Positions 42,501-59,200 of a DNA stretch of 64,000 bases are shown piece after piece. The position numbers and the translations under genes are program-made. The DNA is from Mobula hypostoma (Eukaryota), in assembly GCF_963921235.1 (NCBI RefSeq), contig NC_086097.1:98706001-98770000 (forward strand), written 5' to 3'. The number at the start of each line of letters is the position of its first letter. Position 1 is the stretch's first letter. Under the pieces are notes generated by a model. The model ran no database searches and had not been told where the DNA came from. It saw only the letters and a program-made list of their open reading frames with translations.

Positions 42501-45500
42501 ACTCACCCCTCCCCTATCCACGACGCTGCCATTATCTACCCTCACCCCTCCCCCATGCACGACGCTCCCATTATCCACACTCTTTCCTCCCCTATCCATG
42601 ACCCTTCCGTTACCCACACTCACCCCTCCCCTATCCACGACGCTGCCATTATCTACCCTCACCCCTCCCCCATGCACGACGCTCCCATTATCCACACTCA
42701 CTCCTCCCCTATCCATGACCCTTCCGTTACCCATACTCACCCCTCCCCTTTCCACGACCCTTCCGTTACTGACACTCACCCCATCCCCTATCCACGACCC
42801 TTCCGTTACCCACACTCACCCCTCCCCTACCCACGACCCTCCCGTTACCCACACTCACCCCTCCCCTATCCACGACCCTTCCGTTACCCACACTCACCCC
42901 TCCCCTATCCACGACCCTTCCGTTACCCACACTCACCCCTCCCCTATCCACAACTCTTCAGTTACCCACACTCACCCCTCCCCTATCCACAACCCTTCCG
43001 TTACCCACACTCACCCCTCCTCTATCTGCGACCCTTCCGTTACCCACACTCACCCTCCCACATCCACGACCCTCCGCTACCCAGACTCACCCCTCCCCTA
43101 TCCACAACCCTTCCGTTACCCACACTCACCCGCCCCTATCCACGACCCTCCCGTTACCCACACTCACCCCTCCCCTATCCACGACCCTTCCGTTACCCAC
43201 ACTCACCCCTCCCCTATCCACGACCCTTCCGTTACCCACACTCACCCCTCCCCTATCCACGACCCTTCCATTACCCACACTCACCCCTCCCCTATCCACC
43301 ACCCTTCCATTATTCATACTCACCTCACCCCTATCAACGACCTTCCCGTTATCCACCATCACCCCCCCCATCAACGACCCTTCCGTTACCAAAACTCACC
43401 CCTCCCCTACCCACGACCCTTCCATTGCCCACACTCACGCCCCCCCATCCACGCCCTCCCGTTACCCACACTCACCCCATCCCCTATCCACGACCCTTCC
43501 GTTACCCACACTCACCCCTCCCCTATCCAGGACCCTTCCATTACCCAAACTCACCCGTCCCCTATAGACGACCCTTCAGTTACCCAAACTCACCCCTCCC
43601 CTATCCACGACGCTCCCATTATCTACACTCACCCCTCCCCCATCCACGACGCTCCCATTATCCACACTCACCCCTCCCCTATCCACGACCCTTCCGTTAC
43701 CCACACTCACCCCTACCCCATCCACGACCCTTCCATTACCCACACTCACCCCTCCCCTATCCACGACCCTTCCGTTACCCACACTCACCCCTCCCCTATC
43801 CACGACCCTTCCATTACCCACACTCACCCCTCCCCTATCCACGACCCTTCCGTTACCCACACTCACCCCTCCCCCATCCACGACCCTCCCATTACCCACA
43901 CTCACCCCTCCCCTATCCACGACCCTCCCATTACCCACACTCACCCCTCCCCTATCCACGACCCTTCCGTTACCCACACTCACCCCTCCCCTATCCACGA
44001 CCCTTCCGTTACCCACACTCACCCCTCCTCTATCCACGACTCTTCAGTTACCCACACACGCCCCTCCCCTATTCACGACTCTTCCGTTACCCACACTCAC
44101 CCCTCCCCTATCCACGACCCTTCCGTTACCCACACTCACCCCTCCCCTATCCACAACCCTTCCGTTACCCACACTCACCCCTCCCCTATCCACGACCCTT
44201 CCGTTACCCACACTCACCCCTCCCCTATCCACGACCCTTCCATTACCCACACTCACCCCTCCCCTATCCACGACCCTTCCATTACCCACACTCACCCCTC
44301 CCCTATCCACGACCCTCCCATTACCCACACTCACCCCTCCCCCATCCACGACCCTTCCATTACCCACACTCACCCCTCCCCTATCCACGACCCTTCCGTT
44401 ACCCACACTCACCCCTCCCCTATCCACGACCCTTCCATTACCCACACTCACCCCTCCCCTATCCACGACCCTTCCGTTACCCACACTCACCCCTCCCCTA
44501 TCCACGACCCTTCCATTACCCACACTCACCCCTCCCCTATCCACGACCCTTCCGTTACCCACACTCACCCCTCCCCTATCCAGGACCCTTCCATTACCCA
44601 CACTCACCCATCCCCTATCCACGACCCTCCCATTACCCACACTCACCCCTCCCCTATCCACGACCCTCCCGTTACCCACACTCACCCCTCCCCTATCCAC
44701 GACCCTTCCGTTACCCACACTCACCCCTCCCCTATCCACGACTCTTCAGTTACCCACACACGCCCCTCCCCTATTCACGACTCTTCCGTTACCCACACTC
44801 ACCCCTCCCCTATCCACGACTCTTCCGTTACCCACACTCACCCCTCCCCTATCCACAACCCTTCCGTTACCGACACTCACCCCATCCCCAATCCACGACC
44901 CTTCCGTTACCCACACTCACCCCTCCCCTATCCATGACCCTTCCATTACCCACACTCACCCCTCCCCTATCCACGACCCTTCCTTTACCCACACTCACCC
45001 CTCCCCTATCTGCGACCCTTCCGTTACCCACACTCACCCCTCCCCTATCCACGACTCTTCCGTTACCCACACTCACCCCTCCCCTATCCACGACCCTTCC
45101 GTTACCCACACTCACCCCTCCCCTATCCACAACCCTTCCGTTACCCACACTCACCCCTCCCCTATCCACGACCCTTCCATTACCCACACTCACCCCTCCC
45201 CTATCCACGACCCTTCCGTTACCCACACTCACCCCTCCCCTATCCACGACCCTTCCGTTACCCACACTCACCCCTCCCCTATCCACGACTCTTCCGTTAC
45301 CCACACTCACCCCTCCCCTATCCACGACCCTCCGCTACCCAGACTCACCCCTCCCCTATCCACAACCCTTCCGTTACCCACACTCACCCCTCCCCAATCC
45401 ACGACCCTTCCATTACCCACACTCACCCCTCCCCTATCCACGACCCTTCCATTACCCACACTCACCCCTCCCCTATCCACGACCCTTCCTTTACCCACAC

Positions 45501-48500
45501 TCACCCCTCCCCTATCCACGACCCTTCCGTTACCCACACTCACCCCTCCCCTATCCACGACCCTTCCGTTACCCACACTCACCCCTCCCCTATCCACGAC
45601 CCTCCGCTACCCAGACTCACCCCTCCCCTATCCACAACCCTTCCGTTACCCACACTCACCCCTCCCCTATCCACGACCCTTCCATTACCCACACTCACCC
45701 CTCCCCTATCCAGGACTCTTCCGTTACGCACACTCACCGCTCCACATCCACGACCCTCCCGTTACCCACACTCACCCCTCCCCTATCCACGACCCTTCCG
45801 TTACCCACACTCACCCCTCCCCTATCCACGACCCTTCCGTTACCCACACTCACCCCTCCCCTATCCACGACCCTTCCATTACCCACACTCACCCCTCCCC
45901 TATCCACGACCCTTCCGTTACCCACACTCACCCCTCCCCTATCCACGACCCTCCCGTTACCCACACTCACACCTCCCCTATCCACGACCCATCCAATATT
46001 CTCACTCACCCCACCCCTATCAACGAGTTTCCCGTTACCCACCCTTACCCCTCCCCTATCAACGACCCTTCCGTTACCAACACTCATCCCTCCCCTACCC
46101 ACGACCCTTCCGTTACCCCCACTCACGCCTCCCCTATCCACGACCCTTCCGTTACCCACACTCACCCCTCCCCTATCCACGACCCTTCCGTTACCCACAC
46201 TCACCCCTTCCCTATCCACGACCCTTCCGTTACCCACACTCACCCCTCCCCTATCCACGACCCTTCCATTACCCACACTCACCCCTCCCCTATCCACGAC
46301 CCTTCCGTTACCCACACTCACCCCTCCCCTATCCACGACCCTTCCGTTACCCACACTCACCCCTCCCCTATCCACGACCCTTCCGTTACCCACACTCACC
46401 CCTCCCCTATCCACGACCCTTCCATTACCCACACTCACCCCTCCCCTATCCACGACCCTTCCGTTACCCACACTCACCCCTCCCCTATCCACGACCCTTC
46501 CGTTACCCACACTCACCCCTCCCCTATCCACGACCCTTCCGTTACCCACACTCACCCCTCCCCTATCCACGACCCTTCCGTTACCGACAGTCACCCCATC
46601 CCCTATCCACGACCCTTCCGTTACCCACACTCACCCCTCCCCTACCAACGACCCTCCCGTTACCCACACTCACCCCTAGCCCATGCACGACCCTTCCATT
46701 ACCCACAGTCACCCACCCATCCATGACCCTCCCGTTACCCACACTCACCCCTCCCCTATCCAGGACCCTTCCGTTACCCACACTCACCCCTCCCCTATCC
46801 ACGACCCTTCCGTTACCCACACTCACCCCTCCCCTATCCACAACCCTTCCGTTACCCACACTCACCCGTCCCCTATCAACGACCCTTCCATTACCCACAC
46901 TCACCCTTCGCTTATCCACGACCCTTCCGTTACCCACACTCACCCGTTCCCCTATCCACGACCCTCTCATTACACACACTCTCCCCTCCCCTATCAACGA
47001 CCCTTCCGTTACCCACACTCACCCCTCTCCTACCCACGACCCTTCCGTTACCCCCACTCACCCATCTCCTATGCACGACTCTTCCATTACCCACACTCAC
47101 TCCAACCCCATCTTCAACCCTTCCGTTACCCACACTCACCCACCCCTACCCACGACCCAGCCGTTACCTATACTCACCCCTCGCCTATCCACAACCCTTC
47201 CATTACCCACAGTCACACACCCATCCATGACCCTCCCGTTACCCACACACCCCTCCCCTATCCACAACCCTTCCATTACTCACACTCACCACTCCCCCAT
47301 CCACGACCCTCCTGTTACCCACACTCACCCCTCCCCTGTCACGACCCTTCCGTGACCGACACTCACCCCTCCCCTATCCACGACCCTTCCATTACCCACA
47401 CTCACGTCCCCATATCCACGACCCTCCGTTACCCACACTCACCACTCCCCTATCCACGACCCTTCCGTGACCGACACTCACCCCTCCCCTATCCACGACC
47501 CTTCCATTATCACCACACACTCCTCCCTTATCCAAGGCCCTTCCGTTACCCACACTCACCCCTTCCCTATCCACGACCCTTCCGTTACCCACACTCACCC
47601 CTCCCCTATCCACTACCCTTCCATTACCCACACTCACCCCTCCCCTATCCACGACACTTCCATTACCCACACTCACATCCCAATATCCACGACCCTCCCG
47701 TTACCCACACTCACCCCCCATATCCACGACCCTTCCGTTACCCACACTCACCCCTCCCCTATCCACGACCCTTCCATTACCCACACTCACCCCTCCCCTA
47801 TCCACGACCCTTCCGTTACCCACACTCAGCCCTCCCCTATCCATGACGCTTCCATTATCCACACTCACCCTTCCCCTATCCACGACCCTTCCGTTACCCA
47901 CACTCACCCCTCCCCTATCAATGACCCTTCCGTTACCAACACTCACCCCTCCCCTACCCACGACCCTTCCGTTACCCACACTCACCCCTCCCCTATTCAC
48001 GACCCTTCTATTACCCACACCCACCCCTCCCCTATCCACGACCCTTCCGTTACCCACACTCACCCCTCCCCTATCCACGACCCTTCCATTACCCACACTC
48101 ACCCCTCCGCTATCCACGACCCTCCCGTTACGCACACTCACCGCTCCACATCCACGACCCTCCCGTTACCCACACTCACCCCTCCCCTATCCACGACCCT
48201 TCCGTTACCCACACTCACCCCCCCCTATCCACGACCCTTCCGACACCCACACTCACCGCTCCTCTATGAACGACCCATCCATTACCCACACTCACCCCAC
48301 CCCTATCCGCGACCCTTCCGTTACCTACACTTGCCACTCCCCTATCCACGACCCTCCCGTTACCCACACTCACACCTCCCCTATCCACGACCCATCCAAT
48401 ATTCTCACTCACCCCACCCCTATCAACGAGTTTCCCGTTACCCACCCTTACCCCTCCCCTATCAACGACCCTTCCGTTACCAACACTCATCCCTCCCCTA

Positions 48501-51500
48501 CCCACGACCCTTCCGTTACCCCCACTCACGCCTCCCCTATCCACGACCCTTACATCACCCACACTCACCCCTCCCCTATCCACGACCATTCCGTTACCCA
48601 CACTCACCTCTCCCCTATTCACACCCCTTCCGTTACACACACTCACCCCTCCTCTATCCACGACCCGTCCATTATCACCACACAGTCCTCCCTTATCCAA
48701 GACCCTTCCGTTACCCACACTCACCCCTTCCCTACCCATGACCCTCCGTTACCCACACTCACCCCTCCCCTATCATGTACCTTTCCATTACCCACATTCA
48801 CCCCTCCCCTATCCACGACCCTTCCGTGACCCACACTCACCCCTCCCCTATCCACGACCCTTCCGTTACCGACACTCACCCCATCCCCTATCCACGACCC
48901 TTCCGTTACCCACACTCACCCCTCACCCTACCAACGACCCTCCCGTTACCCACACTCACCCCTAGCCTATCCACGACCCTACCATTACCCACACTCACCC
49001 CTCCCCTATCCACGACCCTTCCGTTTCCCACACTCAACCCTCCCCTATCCACGACCCTTCCGTCACCCACACTCACCCCTCACCCCTCCCCTATCCACGA
49101 CCCTTGCATTACCCACACTCACCCCTCCCCTATCCACGACCCTCCCTTTACCCCCATTCACACCTCCCCTATGCACGAACCTTCCATTACCCACACTCAC
49201 CCCTCCCCATCCATTACCCTTCCATTACCCACACTCACCCCTCCCCTATCCACGACCCTTCCGTTACCCACACTCACCCCTCCCCTATCCACGACCCTTC
49301 CGTTACCCACACTCACCCCTCCCCTATCCACGACCCTTCCGTTACCCACACTCACCCCTCCCCTATCCACGACTCTTCCGTTACCCACACTCACCCCTCC
49401 CGTATTCACGACCCATCCGTTACCCACACACACCCCTCCCCTATCCACTACCCTTCCATTACCCACTGACCCATCCCCTATCCATGACCCTTCCATTACC
49501 CACACGCACCCCTCCGCTATCCACGACACTTCCGTTACCCACACTCTCCCCTCCCCTACCCACGACCCTCCCGTTACGCACACTCACCGCTCCCCATCCA
49601 CGACCCTCCCGTTACCCACACTCATCCCTCCCCTATCCACGACCCTTCCGACACCCACACTAACCCCTCCTCTATCAACGACCCTTCCATTACCCACACT
49701 CACCCCACCCCTATCCGCGACCCTTCCGTTACCTACACTTACCACTCCCCTATCCACGACCCTCCCGTTACCCACACTCACACCTCCCCTATCCACGACC
49801 CATCCATTATTCTCACTCACCCCACCCCTATCAACGAGTTTCCCGTTACCCACCCTTACCCCTCCCCTATCAACGACCCTTCCGTTACCAACACTCATCC
49901 CTCCCCTACCCACGACCCTTCCATTACCCACACTCACCCCTCCCCTTCCACGACCCTTCCTTTACCCACACTCACACCTCCCCTATGCACGAACCTTCCA
50001 TTACCCACACTCACCCCTCCCCTATCCACGACCCTTCCGTTTCCCACACTCACCCCTCCCATATCCACGACCCTTCCGTTACCCACACTCACCCCTCCCC
50101 ATCCATTACCCTTCCATTACCCACACTCACCCCTCCCCTATCCACGACCTTTCCGTTACCCACACTCACCCCTCCCCTATCCACGACTCTTCCGTTACCC
50201 ACACTCACCCCTCCCGTATTCACGACCCTTCCGTTACCCACACTCACCCCTCCCCTATCCATGACCCTTCCATTACTAACACTCACCCCTCCCCTATCCA
50301 CGACCCTTCCGTTACCCACACTCACCCCTCCCCTATCCACGACCCTTCCATTACCCACACTCACCCCTCCCCTATCCACGACCCTTCCGTTACCCACACT
50401 CACCCCTCCCCTATCCACGACCCTTCCGTTACCCACACTCACCCCTCCCCTATCCACGACCCTTCCATTACCCACACTCACCCCACCCCCATCCACGACC
50501 CTTCCGTTACCCACACTCACCCCTCCCCTATCCACGACCCTTCCATTACCCACACTCACCCCTCCCCTATCCACGACCCTTCCATTACCCACACTCACCC
50601 CTCCCCTATCCACGACCCTTCCGTTACCCACACTCACCCCTCCCCTATCCACGACCCTTCCGTTACCCACACTCACCCCTCCCCTATCCACGACCCTTCC
50701 ATTACCCACACTCACCCCTCCCCTATCCACGACCCTTCCATTACCCACACTCACCCCTCCCCTATCCACGACCCTTCCATTACCCACACTCACCCCTCCC
50801 CTATCCACGACCCTTCCGTTACCCACACTCACCCCTCCCCTATCCACGACCCTTCCGTTACCCACACTCACCCCTCCCCTACCAACGACCCTCCCGTTAC
50901 CCACACTCACCCGCCCCTATCCACGACCCTCCCGTTACCCACATTCACACCTCCCCTATGCATGAACCTTCCATTACCCACACTCACCCCTCCCCTATCC
51001 ACGACCCTTCCGTTTCCCACACTCACCCCTCCCCTATCCACGACCCTTCCGTCACCCACACTCACCCCTCCCCTATCCACGACCCTTCCGTCACCCACAC
51101 TCACCCCTCCCCTATCCACGACCCTTCCGTCACCCACACTCACCCCTCCCCCTCCCGTATCCACGACCCTTCTATTACTAAAATTCACCCGTCCCCCATT
51201 CACGACCCTTGCATTACTTACACTCACCCATCCCCTATCCACGACACTCCCGTTACTCACACTCACCCCTCCCCTATCCACGACCCTTCCGTTACCCAGA
51301 CTCACCCCTCCCCTATCCACGACCCTTCCGTTACACACACTCACCCCTCCCCTATTCACAACCCTACCGTTACACACTCACCCCTCCGCTATTCACGACC
51401 CTCCCATTACCCACACTCACCCCTGCCCTATCCACGACGCTCCCGTTACCCACACTCACCCCTCCCCTATCCACGACTCTTCCGTTACACACACTCACCC

Positions 51501-53249
51501 CTCCCCTATCCACGACCCTTGCATTACCCACACTCACCCCTCCCCATCCACGACCCTTCCTTTACCCACACTCACCCGCCCCTATCCACGACCCTCCCGT
51601 TACCCACATTCACACCTCCCCTATGCACGAACCTTCCATTACCCACACTCACCCCTCCCCTATCCATGACCCTTCCATTACCCACACTCACCCCTCCCCA
51701 TCCACGACCCTTCCATTACCCACACTCACCCCTCCCCTATCCACGACCTTTCCGTTACCCACACTCACCCCTCCCCTATCCACGACTCTTCCGTTACCCA
51801 CACTCACCCCTCCCGTATTCACGACCCTTGTGTTACCCACACTCACCCCTCCCCATCCACTACCCTTACATTACCCACACTCACACTTCCCCTACCCACG
51901 ACCCTTCCATTACCCACACTCACCCCTCCCCTATCCACTAACCTTCCATTACCCACACTGACCCATCCCGTATCCATGACCCTCCCATTACCCACACTCA
52001 CCCGCCCCTATCCACGAACCTCCCGTTACCCACACTCACCCCTCCCTTATCCACGACCCTTCCGTTACCCACACTCACCCCTCCCCTATCGGGGACCCTT
52101 CGGTTACCCACACTCAGCCCTCCCCTATCCATGACCCTTCTATTACCCACACTCACCCCTCCGCTATCCACGACCCTTCCATTACCCACACTCACTCCTC
52201 CCCCAGCCACGACCCTTCCATTACCCACACTAACCCCATCCCCTATCCACGACCCTTCCGTTACCCACACTCACCGCTTCCCTATAAATGACCCTTCCAT
52301 TACCCACACTCACCCTTCCCCTATCAACGACCCTTCCGTTACCAACAGTCACCCATCGCTATCCACGACCCTTCCGTTACCCACACTCACCCCTCCGCTA
52401 TCCGCGACCCTTCCGTTACCTATACTTACCCCTCCCCTATCCACGACCCTTCCATTACCCACACTCACCCCTCCCCCATCCACGACCCTTCCATTATTCA
52501 CATTCACCCCACCCCTATCAACGACCTTCCCGTTACCCACCCTCACCCCTCCCCTATCAATGACCCTTCCGTTACCAACACTCATCCCTCCCCTACACAC
52601 GACCCTTCCGTTACCCACACTCACCCCTCCCCTATCCACGACCCTTCCGTTACCCACACTCACCCCTCCCCTATCCACTACCCTTCCATTACCCACACTC
52701 ACCCCTCCCCTATCCACGACCCTTCCGTTACCCACACTCACCCCTCCCCTATCCACGACCCTTCCGTGACCCACACTCACCCCTTCCCTATCCACGACCC
52801 TTCCGTTACCCACACTCACCCCCCCTATCCATGACCCTTCCGACACCCACACTCACCCCTCCTCTATCAACGACCCTTCCATTACCAACACTCACCCCTC
52901 CCCTATCCGCGACCCTTCCGTTACCCACACTCACACCTCCCCTATCCACGACCCTTCCATTATTCACACTCACCCCACCCTTATCAACGACCTTCCCGTT
53001 ACCCACCCTCACCCCTCCCCTATCAATGACCCTTCCGTTACCAACACTCATCCCTCCCCTACACACGACCCTTCTGTTACGCCCACACATGCCTCCCCTA
53101 TCCACGACCCTTCAGTTACCCACACTCACCCCTCCCCTATCCACGACCCTTCAGTTACCCACACTCACCCCTCCCCTATCCACTACCTTTCCATTACCCA
53201 CACTCACCCCTCCCCTATCCATGACCCTTCCATGACCCACACTCACCCC

Positions 53250-56200
53250 TTCCCTATCAACGACCCTTCCGTTACCCACACTCACCCCTCCCTATCCACG
53301 ACCCTTCCGACACCCACACTCACCCCTCCTCTATCAACGACCCTTCCATTACCCACACTCACCCCTCCCCTATCCACGACCCTTCCGTTACCCACACTCA
53401 CCCCTCCCCTATCCACGACCCTTCCATTACCCACACTCACCCCTCCCCTATCCACGACCCATCCATTGTTTACACTCACACCTCCCTTATCCACGACCCT
53501 TACATCACCCACACTCACCCTTCCCCTATATACGCCCCTTCCGTTACACACACTAACCCCTCCCCTATCCACGACACTTCCATTATCACCACACACTCCT
53601 CCCTTATCCAAGACCCTTCCATTACCCACACTCACCCCTTTCCTACCCACGACCCTTCCGTTACCCACACTCACCCCTCCCCTATCCACGACCCTTCCAT
53701 TACCCACACTCACCCCTCCCCTATCCACGACCCTTCCATTACCAAAACTCACCCCTCCCCCATTCACGACCCTTCCATCACTCACACTCACCCATCCCCT
53801 ACCCACGACCCTCCGGTACCCACACTCACCCCTCCCCTATGCACGACCCTTCCATTATCACCACACACTCCTCCCTTATCCAAGACCCTTCCGTTACCCA
53901 CACTCACCCCTTCACTACCCACGACCCTTCCGTTACCGACACTCACCCCTCCCCTATCCACTACCATTCCATTACCCACATTCACCCACCCCTATCCACG
54001 ACACTTCCATTACCCACACTCACGTCCCCATATCCACGACCCTCCCGTTACCCACACTCACCACTCCCCTATCCACGACCCTTCCGTGACCCACACTCAC
54101 CCCTCCCCTATCCACGACCCTTCCATTACCCACACTCACCCCTCCCCTATCCACGACCCTTCCGTTACCCACACTCACCCCTCCCCTATCCACGACCCTT
54201 CCATTACCCACACTCACCCGCCCCTATCCACGACCCTCCCGTTACCCACATTCACACCTCTCCCCTATGCATGAACCTTCCATTACCCACACTCACCTCT
54301 CCCCTATCCACGACCCTTCCGTTTCCCACACTCACCCCTCCCCTATCCACGACCCTTCCGTCACCCACACTCACCCCTCCCCTATCCACGACCCTTCCAT
54401 TACCCACACTCACCCCTCCCCCATCCACGACCCTTCCATTACCCACACTCACCCATCCCCTATCCACGACCCTCCCGTTACCCACACTCACCCCTCCCCT
54501 ATCCACGACCCTTCCGTTACCCACACTCACCCCTCCCCTACCCACGACCCTTCCGTTACCCCCACTCACGCCTCCCCTATCCACGACCCTTACATCACCC
54601 ACACTCACCCTTCCCCTATCCACGACCCGTCCGTTACCCATAATGACCCCTCCGCTCCCCACGACCCTTCCGTTACCCCGACACGCCTCCCCTATCCACG
54701 ACCCTTCCATCATCCGCACTCACCCCTCCCCTATCCACGACCCTTCCGTTACCCACACTCACCCCTTCCCTACCCACGACCTTTCCATTACCCAGACTCA
54801 CCACACCCCCATCCGCGACCGTTTCGTTACCCACACTCACACCTCCCCTATCCATGACCCTTCCATTATTTACACTCATCCCACCCCTATCCAAGACACT
54901 TCCATTACCCACACTCAGCCCTCCCCTATCCATGACCCTTCCATTATCGAAACTCACCCCTCCCCTATCAACGACTTTCCCGTTACCCACCCTCACCCCT
55001 CCCCTATCAACGACCCTTCCGTTACCAACACTCACCCCTCCCCTACCCACGACCCTTCCGTTACCCACACTCACCCCTCCCCTATCCACGACCCTTCCAT
55101 TACCCACACTCACCCCTCCCCTATCCACGACCCTTCCGTTACCCACACTCACCCCTCCCCTATCCACGACCCTTCCGTTACCCACACTCACCCCTCCCCT
55201 ACCCACGACCCTTCCGTTACCCACAGACACCCCTCCCCTATCCACGACCCTTCCGTTACCCACACTCACCCCTCCCTATCCACGACCCTTCCGACACCCA
55301 CACTCACCCCTCCTCTATCAACGACCCTTCCATTACCCACACTCACCCCTCCCCTATCCGCGACCCTTCCGTTACCGACACTTATCACCCCTCCCCTATC
55401 CACGACCCTTCCGTTACCCACACTCACCCCTCCCCTATCCACGACCCATCCATTGTTTACACTCACACCTCCCCTATCCACGACCCTTACATCACCCACA
55501 CTCACCCTTCCCCTATATACGCCCCTTCCGTTACACACACTAACCCCTCCCCTATCCACGACACTTCCATTATCACCACACACTCCTCCCTTATCCAAGA
55601 CCCTTCCATTACCCACACTCACCCCTTTCCTACCCACGACCCTTCCGTTTCCCACACTCACCCCTCCCCTATCCACGACCCTTCCATCACCCACACTCAC
55701 CCTTCCCCCTCCCCTATCCACGACCCTTCCATTACCAAAACTCACCCCTCCCCCATTCACGACCCTTCCATCACCCACACTCACCCATCCCCTACCCACG
55801 ACCCTCCGGTACCCACACTCACCCCTCCCCTATGCACGACCCTTCCATTATCACCACACACTCCTCCCTTATCCAAGACCCTTCCGTTACCCACACTCAC
55901 CCCTTCACTACCCACGACCCTTCCGTTACCGACACTCACCCCTCCCCTATCCACTACCATTCCATTACCCACATTCACCCACCCCTATCCACGACACTTC
56001 CATTACCCACACTCACGTCCCCATATCCACGACCCTCCCGTTACCCACACTCACCACTCCCCTATCCACGACCCTTCCGTGACCCACACTCACCCCTCCC
56101 CTATCCACGACCCTTCCATTACCCACACTCACCCCTCCCCTAACCACGACCTTTCGTTACCCACACTCACCTCTCCCCTATCCACGACCCTTCCATTACC

Positions 56201-59200
56201 CACACTCACCCGCCCCTATCCACGACCCTCCCGTTACCCACATTCACACACCTCTCCCCTATGCATGAACCTTCCATTACCCACACTCACCCCTCCCCTA
56301 TGCACGACCCTTCCATTATCACCACACACTCCTCCCTTATCCAAGACCCTTCCGTTACCCACACTCACCCCTTCACTACCCACGACCCTTCCGTTACCGA
56401 CACTCACCCCTCCCCTATCCACTACCATTCCATTACCCACATTCACCCACCCCTATCCACGACACTTCCATTACCCACACTCACGTCCCCATATCCACAA
56501 CCCTCCCGTTACCCACACTCACCACTCCCCTATCCACGACCCTTCCGTGACCCACACTCACCCCTCCCCTATCCACGACCCTTCCATTACCGACACTCAC
56601 CCCTCCCCTATCCACGACCCTTCCGTTACCCACACACACCCCTCCCCTACCAACGACCCTCCCGTTACCCACACTCACCCCTCCCCTATCCACGACCCTT
56701 CCATTACCCACACTCACCCCTCCCCTATCCACGACCCTCCCGTTACCCACATTCACACCTCTCCCCTATGCACGACCCTTCCATTACCCACACTCACCCC
56801 TCCCCTATCCACGACCCTTCCGTTACCCACACTCACCCCTCCCCTATCCACGACCCTTCCGTTACCCACACTCACCCCTCCCCTATCCACGACCCTTCCA
56901 TTACCCACACTCACCCCTCCCCCATCCACGACCCTTCCATTACCCACACTCACCCCTCCCCTATCCACGACCCTCCCGTTACCCACACTCACCCCTCCCC
57001 TATCCACGACCCTTCCGTTACCCACACTCACCCCTCCCCTATCCACGACCCTTCCGTTACCCACACTCACCCCTCCCCTATCCACGACCCTTCCATTACC
57101 CACACTCACCCCTCCCCTATCCACGACCCTTCCGTTACCCACACTCACCCCTCCCCTATCCACGACCCTTCCGTTACCCACACTCACCCCTCCCCTACCC
57201 ACGACCCTTCCGTTACCCACACTCACCCCTCCCCTATCCACGACCCTTCCGTTACCCACACTCACCCCCCCTATCCACGACCCTTCCGACACCCACACTC
57301 ACCCCTCCTCTATCAACGACCCTTCCATTACCAACACTCTCCCCTCCCCTATCCGCGACCCTTCCGTTACCTACACTTATCACTTCCCTATCCACGACCC
57401 TCCCGTTACCCACACTCACCCCTCCCCTATCCACGACCCATCCATTGTTTACACTCACACCTCCCCTATCCACGACCCTTACATCACCCACACTCACCCT
57501 TCCCCTATCCACGCCCCTTCCGTTACACACACTCACCCCGCCCCTATCCACGACACTTCCATTATCACCACACACTCCTCCCTTATCCAAGACCCTTCCA
57601 TTACCCACACTCACCCCTTTCCTACCCACGACCCTTCCGTTTCCCACACTCACCCCTCCCCTATCCACGACCCTTCCATCACCCACACTCACCCTTCCCC
57701 CTCCCCTATCCACGACCCTTCCATTACCAAAACTCACCCCTCCCCCATTCACGACCCTTCCATCACTCACACTCACCCATCCCCTACCCACGACCCTCCC
57801 GTACCCACACTCACCCCTCCCCTATGCACGACCCTTCCATTATCACCACACACTCCTCCCTTATCCAAGACCCTTCCGTTACCCACACTCACCCCTTCAC
57901 TACCCACGACCCTTCCGTTACCCACACTCACCCGCCCCTATCCACGACCCTCCCGTTACCCACATTCACACCTCTCCCCTATGCATGAACCTTCCATTAC
58001 CCACACTCACCCCTCCCCTATCCACGACCCTTCCGTTACCCACACTCACCCCTCCCCTATCCACGACCCTTCCGTTACCCACACTCACCCCTCCCCTATC
58101 CACGACCCTTCCATTACCCAAACTCACCCCTCCCCCATTCACGACCCTTCCATTACTCACACTCACCCATCCCCTATCCACGACCCTCCCGTTACCCACA
58201 CTCACCCCTCCCCTATCCACGACCCTTCCGTTACCCACACTCACCCCTCCCCTATCCACGACCCTTCCGTTACCCACACTCACCCCTCCCCTATCCACGA
58301 CCCTTCCGTTACCCACACTCACCCCTCCCCTATTCACGACCCTTCCGTTACACACACTCACCCCTCCCCTATCCACGACCCTTACGTTACCCACACTCAC
58401 CCCTCCTCTATCCACGACCCTCCCGTTACCCACACTCACCCCTCCCCTATCCACGACCCTTCCGTTACCCACACTCACCCCTCCCCTATCCACGACCCTT
58501 CCGTTACCCACACTCACCCCTCCCCTATCCACGACCCTCCCTTTACCCACATTCACACCTCCCCTATGCACGAACCTTCCATTACCCACACTCACCCCTC
58601 CCCTATCCATGACCCTTCCATTACCCACACTCACCCCTCCCCTATCCACGACCCTTCCATTACCCACACTCACCCCTCCCCTATCCACGACCCATCGATT
58701 ACCCACACTCACCCCTCCCCTATCCACCACCCTTCCATTATTTACACTCACCACACCCCTATCAACGACCTTCCTGTTACCTACACTCACCCCTCCCCTA
58801 TCAACGACCCTTCCGTTACCCACACTCATCCCTCCCCTACCCACGACCCTTCCGTTACCCCCACTCACGCCTCCCCTATCCACGACCCTTACATCACCCA
58901 CACTCACCCTTCCCCTATCCACGACCCGTCCGTTACCCATAATGACCCCTCCGCTCCCCACGACCCTTCCGTTACCCCGACACGCCTCCCCTATCCACGA
59001 CCCTTCCATCATCCGCACTCACCCCTCCCCTATCCACGACCCTTCCGTTACCCACACTCACCCCTTCCCTACCCACGACCTTTCCATTACCCAGACTCAC
59101 CACACCCCCATCCGCGACCGTTTCGTTACCCACACTCACACCTCCCCTATCCATGACCCTTCCATTATTTACACTCACCCCACCCCTATCCACGACCCTT
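53250..59200. repeat. Right-domain ~2-kb higher-order repeat plus a ~4.3-kb-offset duplication
   Basis: Marker ctcc(g/c)gtacc at 53811, 55804 and 57796 (spacing 1993 and 1992). Near-identical ORFs at 53282/55266/57252 and identical ORFs at 53788/55781. Marker cataatgacccctccgctcccc at ~54639 and ~58938 (offset 4299). Confidence 0.85.

Noticed and set aside
55271..55283. CCTCCCTATCCAC matches the human PRDM9 13-mer CCTCCCTNNCCAC; the consensus unit is a near match
   Set aside because: That motif is specific to human PRDM9 alleles and is easily matched by C-rich DNA; the exact match occurs only in rare 38-bp units.
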